From contig OZ024756.1 of NCBI GenBank assembly GCA_964016885.1, positions 3,596,001 to 3,660,000 on the forward strand: a DNA stretch of 64,000 nt, given 5' to 3'. The stretch is from Eledone cirrhosa (lineage: Eukaryota). The translations under genes were made by a program, and so were the position numbers. Positions within the stretch are counted from its first letter, which is position 1. Each line of letters starts with the position of its first letter. Below, piece after piece: positions 55,401 to 64,000 of the stretch. Under the pieces are notes generated by a model. It ran no database searches, had not been told where the DNA came from, and worked only from the letters and a program-made list of their open reading frames with translations.

Positions 55401-58400
55401 AAGGGGTTTACAGTGGTGGAGTGGTGGAGGAGGAAGACTAAAGGGGTTTACAGTGGTGGAGTGGTGGAGGAGGTGGACTAAAGGGGTTTACAGTGGTGGA
55501 GTGGTGGAGGAGGAAGACTAAAGGGGTTTACAGTGGTGGAGTGGTGGAGGAGGAAGACTAAAGGGGTTTACAGTGGTGGTGTGGTGGAGGAAGACTAAAG
55601 GGGTTTACAGTGGTGGAGTGGTGGAGGAGGTGGACTAAAGGGGTTTACAGTGGTGGAGTGGTGGAGGAGGAAGACTAAAGGGGTTTACAGTGGTGGAGTG
55701 GTGGAGGAGGAAGACTAAAGGGGTTTACAGTGGTGGAGTGGTGGAGGAGGAAGACTAAAGGGGTTTACAGTGGTGGAGTGGTGGAGGAGGAAGACTAAAG
55801 GGGTTTACAGTGGTGGTGTGGTGGAGGAAGACTAAAGGGGTTTACAGTGGTGGAGTGTTGGTGGAGGAAGACTAAAGGGGTTTACAGTGGTGGAGTGGTG
55901 GTGGAGGAAGACTAAAGGGGTTTACAGTGGTGGAGTGGTGGTGGAGGAAGACTAAAGGGGTTTACAGTGGTGGTGTGGTGGAGGAGGAAGACTAAAGGGG
56001 TTTACAGTGGTGGAGTGGTGGAGGAGGAAGACTAAAGGGGTTTACAGTGGTGGTGTGGTGGAGGAAGACTAAAGGGGTTTACAGTGGTGGAGTGGTGGAG
56101 GAGGTGGACTAAAGGGGTTTACAGTGGTGGAGTGGTGGAGGAGGAAGACTAAAGGGGTTTACAGTGGTGGAGTGGTGGTGGAGGAAGACTAAAGGGGTTT
56201 ACAGTGGTGGAGTGGTGGAGGAGGAAGACTAAAGGGGTTTACAGTGGTGGTGTGGTGGAGGAGGTGGACTAAAGGGGTTTACAGTGGTGGAGTGGTGGAG
56301 GAGGAAGACTAAAGGGGTTTACAGTGGTGGAGTGGTGGTGGAGGAAGACTAAAGGGGTTTACAGTGGTGGAGTGGTGGAGGAGGAAGACTAAAGGGGTTT
56401 ACAGTGGTGGAGTGTTGGTGGAGGAAGACTAAAGGGGTTTACAGTGGTGGAGTGGTGGTGGAGGAAGACTAAAGGGGTTTACAGTGGTGGAGTGGTGGTG
56501 GAGGAAGACTAAAGGGGTTTACAGTGGTGGAGTGGTGGAGGAGGAAGACTAAAGGGGTTTACAGTGGTGGTGTGGTGGAGGAAGACTAAAGGGGTTTACA
56601 GTGGTGGAGTGGTGGAGGAGGTGGACTAAAGGGGTTTACAGTGGTGGAGTGGTGGAGGAGGAAGACTAAAGGGGTTTACAGTGGTGGAGTGGTGGAGGAG
56701 GAAGACTAAAGGGGTTTACAGTGGTGGTGTGGTGGAGGAGGTGGACTAAAGGGGTTTACAGTGGTGGAGTGGTGGAGGAGGAAGACTAAAGGGGTTTAAA
56801 GTGGTGGAGTGGTGGAGGAGGAAGACTAAAGGGGTTTACAGTGGTGGTGTGGTGGAGGAAGACTAAAGGGGTTTACAGTGGTGGAGTGGTGGAGGAAGAC
56901 TAAAGGGGTTTACAGTGGTGGAGTGGTGGAGGAGGAAGACTAAAGGGGTTTACAGTGGTGGTGTGGTGGAGGAGGTGGACTAAAGGGGTTTACAGTGGTG
57001 GAGTGGTGGAGGAGGAAGACTAAAGGGGTTTAAAGTGGTGGAGTGGTGGAGGAGGAAGACTAAAGGGGTTTACAGTGGTGGTGTGGTGGAGGAAGACTAA
57101 AGGGGTTTACAGTGGTGGAGTGGTGGAGGAAGACTAAAGGGGTTTACAGTGGTGGAGTGGTGGAGGAGGAAGACTAAAGGGGTTTACAGTGGTGGAGTGG
57201 TGGAGGAGGAAGACTAAAGGGGTTTACAGTGGTGGTGTGGTGGAGGAAGACTAAAGGGGTTTACAGTGGTGGAGTGGTGGAGGAAGACTAAAGGGGTTTA
57301 CAGTGGTGGAGTGGTGGAGGAGGAAGACTAAAGGGGTTTACAGTGGTGGTGTGGTGGAGGAAGACTAAAGGGGTTTACAGTGGTGGAGTGGTGGAGGAGG
57401 AAGACTAAAGGGGTTTACAGTGGTGGTGTGGTGGAGGAAGACTAAAGGGGTTTACAGTGGTGGAGTGGTGGAGGAGGAAGACTAAAGGGGTTTACAGTGG
57501 TGGTGTGGTGGAGGAAGACTAAAGGGGTTTACAGTGGTGGAGTGGTGGAGGAGGTGGACTAAAGGGGTTTACAGTGGTGGAGTGGTGGAGGAGGTGGACT
57601 AAAGGGGTTTACAGTGGTGGAGTGGTGGAGGAGGTGGACTAAAGGGGTTTACAGTGGTGGAGTGGTGGAGGAGGAAGACTAAAGGGGTTTACAGTGGTGG
57701 AGTGGTGGAGGAGGTGGACTAAAGGGGTTTACAGTGGTGGAGTGGTGGAGGAGGTGGACTAAAGGGGTTTACAGTGGTGGAGTGGTGGAGGAGGAAGACT
57801 AAAGGGGTTTACAGTGGTGGAGTGGTGGAGGAGGTGGACTAAAGGGGTTTACAGTGGTGGAGTGGTGGAGGAGGAAGACTAAAGGGGTTTAAAGTGGTGG
57901 AGTGGTGGAGGAGGAAGACTAAAGGGGTTTACAGTGGTGGTGTGGTGGAGGAAGACTAAAGGGGTTTACAGTGGTGGAGTGGTGGAGGAAGACTAAAGGG
58001 GTTTACAGTGGTGGAGTGGTGGAGGAAGACTAAAGGGGTTTACAGTGGTGGAGTGGTGGAGGAAGACTAAAGGGGTTTACAGTGGTGGAGTGGTGGAGGA
58101 GGAAGACTAAAGGGGTTTACAGTGGTGGTGTGGTGGAGGAAGACTAAAGGGGTTTACAGTGGTGGAGTGGTGGAGGAAGACTAAAGGGGTTTACAGTGGT
58201 GGAGTGGTGGAGGAGGAAGACTAAAGGGGTTTACAGTGGTGGTGTGGTGGAGGAAGACTAAAGGGGTTTACAGTGGTGGAGTGGTGGAGGAAGACTAAAG
58301 GGGTTTACAGTGGTGGAGTGGTGGAGGAGGAAGACTAAAGGGGTTTACAGTGGTGGTGTGGTGGAGGAAGACTAAAGGGGTTTACAGTGGTGGAGTGGTG

Positions 58401-61400
58401 GAGGAAGACTAAAGGGGTTTACAGTGGTGGAGTGGTGGAGGAGGAAGACTAAAGGGGTTTACAGTGGTGGTGTGGTGGAGGAGGTGGACTAAAGGGGTTT
58501 ACAGTGGTGGAGTGGTGGAGGAGGAAGACTAAAGGGGTTTAAAGTGGTGGAGTGGTGGAGGAGGAAGACTAAAGGGGTTTACAGTGGTGGTGTGGTGGAG
58601 GAAGACTAAAGGGGTTTACAGTGGTGGAGTGGTGGAGGAAGACTAAAGGGGTTTACAGTGGTGGAGTGGTGGAGGAGGAAGACTAAAGGGGTTTACAGTG
58701 GTGGTGTGGTGGAGGAAGACTAAAGGGGTTTACAGTGGTGGAGTGGTGGAGGAAGACTAAAGGGGTTTACAGTGGTGGAGTGGTGGAGGAGGAAGACTAA
58801 AGGGGTTTACAGTGGTGGTGTGGTGGAGGAGGTGGACTAAAGGGGTTTACAGTGGTGGAGTGGTGGAGGAGGTGGACTAAAGGGGTTTACAGTGGTGGTG
58901 TGGTGGAGGAGGAAGACTAAAGGGGTTTACAGTGGTGGTGTGGTGGAGGAAGACTAAAGGGGTTTACAGTGGTGGAGTGGTGGAGGAGGAAGACTAAAGG
59001 GGTTTACAGTGGTGGTGTGGTGGAGGAGGTGGACTAAAGGGGTTTACAGTGGTGGAGTGGTGGAGGAGGAAGACTAAAGGGGTTTAAAGTGGTGGAGTGG
59101 TGGAGGAGGAAGACTAAAGGGGTTTACAGTGGTGGTGTGGTGGAGGAAGACTAAAGGGGTTTACAGTGGTGGAGTGGTGGAGGAAGACTAAAGGGGTTTA
59201 CAGTGGTGGAGTGGTGGAGGAGGAAGACTAAAGGGGTTTAAATTGGTGGTGTGGTGGAGGAGGAAGACTAAAGGGGTTTACAGTGGTGGTGTGGTGGAGG
59301 AGGTGGACTAAAGGGGTTTACAGTGGTGGAGTGGTGGAGGAGGAAGACTAAAGGGGTTTAAAGTGGTGGAGTGGTGGAGGAGGAAGACTAAAGGGGTTTA
59401 CAGTGGTGGTGTGGTGGAGGAAGACTAAAGGGGTTTACAGTGGTGGAGTGGTGGAGGAAGACTAAAGGGGTTTACAGTGGTGGAGTGGTGGAGGAGGAAG
59501 ACTAAAGGGGTTTAAATTGGTGGTGTGGTGGAGGAGGAAGACTAAAGGGGTTTACAGTGGTGGTGTGGTGGAGGAAGACTAAAGGGGTTTACAGTGGTGG
59601 AGTGTTGGTGGAGGAAGACTAAAGGGGTTTACAGTGGTGGAGTGGTGGTGGAGGAAGACTAAAGGGGTTTACAGTGGTGGAGTGGTGGTGGAGGAAGACT
59701 AAAGGGGTTTACAGTGGTGGAGTGGTGGAGGAGGAAGACTAAAGGGGTTTACAGTGGTGGAGTGGTGGAGGAGGAAGACTAAAGGGGTTTACAGTGGTGG
59801 TGTGGTGGAGGAGGAAGACTAAAGGGGTTTACAGTGGTGGAGTGGTGGAGGAGGAAGACTAAAGGGGTTTACAGTGGTGGAGTGGTGGAGGAGGTGGACT
59901 AAAGGGGTTTACAGTGGTGGAGTGGTGGAGGAGGAAGACTAAAGGGGTTTACAGTGGTGGAGTGGTGGTGGAGGAAGACTAAAGGGGTTTACAGTGGTGG
60001 AGTGGTGGAGGAGGAAGACTAAAGGGGTTTACAGTGGTGGTGTGGTGGAGGAGGTGGACTAAAGGGGTTTACAGTGGTGGAGTGGTGGAGGAGGAAGACT
60101 AAAGGGGTTTACAGTGGTGGTGTGGTGGAGGAAGACTAAAGGGGTTTACAGTGGTGGAGTGGTGGAGGAAGACTAAAGGGGTTTACAGTGGTGGAGTGGT
60201 GGAGGAGGTGGACTAAAGGGGTTTACAGTGGTGGAGTGGTGGAGGAGGAAGACTAAAGGGGTTTACAGTGGTGGAGTGGTGGTGGAGGAAGACTAAAGGG
60301 GTTTACAGTGGTGGAGTGGTGGAGGAGGAAGACTAAAGGGGTTTACAGTGGTGGTGTGGTGGAGGAGGTGGACTAAAGGGGTTTACAGTGGTGGAGTGGT
60401 GGAGGAGGAAGACTAAAGGGGTTTACAGTGGTGGTGTGGTGGAGGAAGACTAAAGGGGTTTACAGTGGTGGAGTGGTGGAGGAAGACTAAAGGGGTTTAC
60501 AGTGGTGGAGTGGTGGAGGAGGTGGACTAAAGGGGTTTACAGTGGTGGAGTGGTGGAGGAGGAAGACTAAAGGGGTTTACAGTGGTGGAGTGGTGGTGGA
60601 GGAAGACTAAAGGGGTTTACAGTGGTGGAGTGGTGGAGGAGGAAGACTAAAGGGGTTTACAGTGGTGGTGTGGTGGAGGAGGTGGACTAAAGGGGTTTAC
60701 AGTGGTGGAGTGGTGGAGGAGGAAGACTAAAGGGGTTTACAGTGGTGGTGTGGTGGAGGAAGACTAAAGGGGTTTACAGTGGTGGAGTGGTGGAGGAAGA
60801 CTAAAGGGGTTTACAGTGGTGGAGTGGTGGAGGAGGAAGACTAAAGGGGTTTAAATTGGTGGAGTGGTGGAGGAGGAAGACTAAAGGGGTTTACAGTGGT
60901 GGAGTGGTGGTGGAGGAAGACTAAAGGGGTTTACAGTGGTGGAGTGGTGGTGGAGGAAGACTAAAGGGGTTTACAGTGGTGGAGTGGTGGTGGAGGAAGA
61001 CTAAAGGGGTTTACAGTGGTGGAGTGGTGGAGGAGGAAGACTAAAGGGGTTTACAGTGGTGGTGTGGTGGAGGAAGACTAAAGGGGTTTACAGTGGTGGA
61101 GTGGTGGAGGAAGACTAAAGTGGTTTACAGTGGTGGAGTGGTGGTGGAGGAAGACTAAAGGGGTTTACAGTGGTGGAGTGGTGGTGGAGGAAGACTAAAG
61201 GGGTTTACAGTGGTGGAGTGGTGGTGGAGGAAGACTAAAGGGGTTTACAGTGGTGGAGTGGTGGTGGAGGAAGACTAAAGGGGTTTACAGTGGTGGAGTG
61301 GTGGTGGAGGAAGACTAAATGGGTTTACAGTGGTGGAGTGGTGGAGGAGGTGGACTAAAGGGGTTTACAATGGTGGAGTGGTGGAGGAGGAAGACTAAAG

Positions 61401-64000
61401 GGGTTTACTGTGGTGGAGTGGTGGAAGAGGTGGACTAAAGGGGTTTACAGTGGTGGAGTGTTGGTGGAGGAAGACTAAAGGGGTTTACAGTGGTGGAGTG
61501 GTGGAGGAGGAAGACTAAAGGGGTTTACAGTGGTGGAGTGGTGGTGGAGGAAGACTAAAGGGGTTTACAGTGGTGGAGTGGTGGAGGAGGAAGACTAAAG
61601 GGGTTTACAGTGGTGGTGTGGTGGAGGAGGTGGACTAAAGGGGTTTACAGTGGTGGAGTGGTGGTGGAGGAAGACTAAATGGGTTTACAGTGGTGGAGTG
61701 GTGGAGGAGGTGGACTAAAGGGGTTTACAGTGGTGGAGTGGTGGTGGAGGAAGACTAAATGGGTTTACAGTGGTGGAGTGGTGGAGGAGGTGGACTAAAG
61801 GGGTTTACAATGGTGGAGTGGTGGAGGAGGAAGACTAAAGGGGTTTACAGTGGTGGAGTGGTGGTGGAGGAAGACTAAAGGGGTTTACAGTGGTGGAGTG
61901 GTGGTGGAGGAAGACTAAAGGGGTTTACAGTGGTGGTGTGGTGGTGGAGGAAGACTAAATGGGTTTACAGTGGTGGAGTGGTGGTGGAGGAAGACTAAAG
62001 GGGTTTACAGTGGTGGTGTGGTGGAGGAAGACTAAAGGGGTTTACAGTGGTGGAGTGGTGGTGGAGGAAGACTAAAGGGGTTTACAGTGGTGGAGTGGTG
62101 GTGGAGGAAGACTAAAGGGGTTTACAGTGGTGGAGTGGTGGAGGAGGAAGACTAAAGGGGTTTACAGTGGTGGTGTGGTGGAGGAAGACTAAAGTGGTTT
62201 ACAGTGGTGGAGTGGTGGTGGAGGAAGACTAAAGGGGTTTACAGTGGTGGAGTGGTGGTGGAGGAAGACTAAAGGGGTTTACAGTGGTGGAGTGGTGGTG
62301 GAGGAAGACTAAATGGGTTTACAGTGGTGGAGTGGTGGAGGAGGTGGACTAAAGGGGTTTACAATGGTGGAGTGGTGGAGGAGGAAGACTAAAGGGGTTT
62401 ACTGTGGTGGAGTGGTGGAAGAGGTGGACTAAAGGGGTTTACAGTGGTGGAGTGTTGGTGGAGGAAGACTAAAGGGGTTTACAGTGGTGGAGTGGTGGAG
62501 GAGGAAGACTAAAGGGGTTTACAGTGGTGGTGTGGTGGAGGAAGACTAAAGGGGTTTACAGTGGTGGAGTGTTGGTGGAGGAAGACTAAAGGGGTTTACA
62601 GTGGTGGAGTGGTGGTGGAGGACTAAAGTGGTTTACAGTGGTGGAGTGGTGGTGGAGGAAGACTAAAGGGGTTTACAGTGGTGGAGTGGTGGTGGAGGAA
62701 GACTAAAGGGGTTTACAGTGGTGGAGTGGTGGAGGAAGACTAAAGGGGTTTACAGTGGTGGAGTGGTGGTGGAGGAAGACTAAAGGGGTTTACAGTGGTG
62801 GAGTGGTGGTGGAGGAAGACTAAAGGGGTTTACAGTGGTGGAGTGGTGGAGGAGGAAGACTAAAGGGGTTTACAGTGGTGGAGTGGTGGTGGAGGAAGAC
62901 TAAAGGGGTTTACAGTGGTGGAGTGGTGGAGGAGGAAGACTAAAGGGGTTTACAGTGGTGGTGTGGTGGAGGAAGACTAAAGGGGTTTACAGTGGTGGAG
63001 TGTTGGTGGAGGAAGACTAAAGGGGTTTACAGTGGTGGAGTGGTGGTGGAGGACTAAAGTGGTTTACAGTGGTGGAGTGGTGGTGGAGGAAGACTAAATG
63101 GGTTTACAGTGGTGGTGTGGTGGAGGAAGATTAAAGGGGTTTACAGTGGTGGAGTGTTGGTGGAGGAAGACTAAAGGGGTTTACAGTGGTGGAGTGGTGG
63201 TGGAGGACTAAAGTGGTTTACAGTGGTGGAGTGGTGGTGGAGGAAGACTAAATGGGTTTACAGTGGTGGAGTGGTGGTGGAGGAAGACTAAAGGGGTTTA
63301 CAGTGGTGGAGTGGTGGAGGAAGACTAAAGGGGTTTACAGTGGTGGAGTGGTGGAGGAAGACTAAAGGGGTTTACAGTGGTGGAGTGGTGGTGGAGGAAG
63401 ACTAAAGGGGTTTACAGTGGTGGAGTGGTGGAGGAGGAAGACTAAAGGGGTTTACAGTGGTGGTGTGGTGGAGGAAGACTAAAGGGGTTTACAGTGGTGG
63501 AGTGTTGGTGGAGGAAGACTAAAGGGGTTTACAGTGGTGGAGTGGTGGTGGAGGACTAAAGTGGTTTACAGTGGTGGAGTGGTGGTGGAGGAAGACTAAA
63601 GGGGTTTACAGTGGTGGAGTGGTGGTGGAGGAAGACTAAAGGGGTTTACAGTGGTGGAGTGGTGGAGGAAGACTAAAGGGGTTTACAGTGGTGGAGTGGT
63701 GGAGGAAGACTAAAGGGGTTTACAGTGGTGGAGTGGTGGAGGAAGACTAAAGGAGTTTACAGTGGTGGAGTGGTGGAGGAGGAAGACTAAAGGGGTTTAC
63801 AGTGGTGGAGTGGTGGAGGAGGTGGACTAAAGGGGTTTACAATGGTGGAGTGGTGGAGGAGGAAGACTAAAGGGGTTTACAGTGGTGGAGTGGTGGAGGA
63901 GGTGGACTAAAGGGGTTTACAATGGTGGAGTGGTGGAGGAGGAAGACTAAAGGGGTTTACTGTGGTGGAGTGGTGGAAGAGGTGGACTAAAGGGGTTTAC
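19427..64000. repeat. Large G-rich satellite array, 37-bp monomer GACTAAAGGGGTTTACAGTGGTGGAGTGGTGGAGGAA and 40-bp variants ending GGAGGAGGTG or GGAGGAGGAA; over 44 kb, roughly 1,100-1,200 monomers, runs off the window end
   Basis: Direct reading: uninterrupted head-to-tail array with no foreign insertions seen. Confidence 0.99.

Noticed and set aside
19427-64000. Satellite as CRISPR array, telomere tract or giant repetitive exon
   Set aside because: There are no spacers and it is not a TTAGGG array. Monomers of 37 and 40 nt are not multiples of 3 and carry stop triplets on both strands, so the ORF track finds only one 61-aa ORF (32971..33156).

Overview
Eukaryotic, repeat-dominated, non-genic window. 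The SINE families and dense (TA)n/(CA)n/(GA)n microsatellites suggest a cephalopod (octopus-like) genome, which is an inference. No host protein-coding gene is supported. Bases 1-19.4 kb are a mosaic of nested mobile elements and tandem repeats: several copies of a tRNA-derived SINE, a CORE-type SINE, a 5S rRNA-headed element with an RTE-like tail, a mariner-type MITE, a hAT-like element holding nested insertions, the C-terminal endonuclease fragment of a CRE-clade non-LTR retrotransposon, and an RTE 5' UTR. The same region holds an unusually dense set of hammerhead ribozyme (HHR) motifs of the Penelope-like/retrozyme type. Some sit in near-perfect fold-back palindromes inside (TA)n tracts, one is coupled to a convergent pair of tRNA-like Pol III units, and two carry the compensatory U3-A8 core. 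Bases 19427-64000 are a single G-rich 37/40-bp satellite array with variant domains and higher-order repeats of 2974, 840 and 600 bp.
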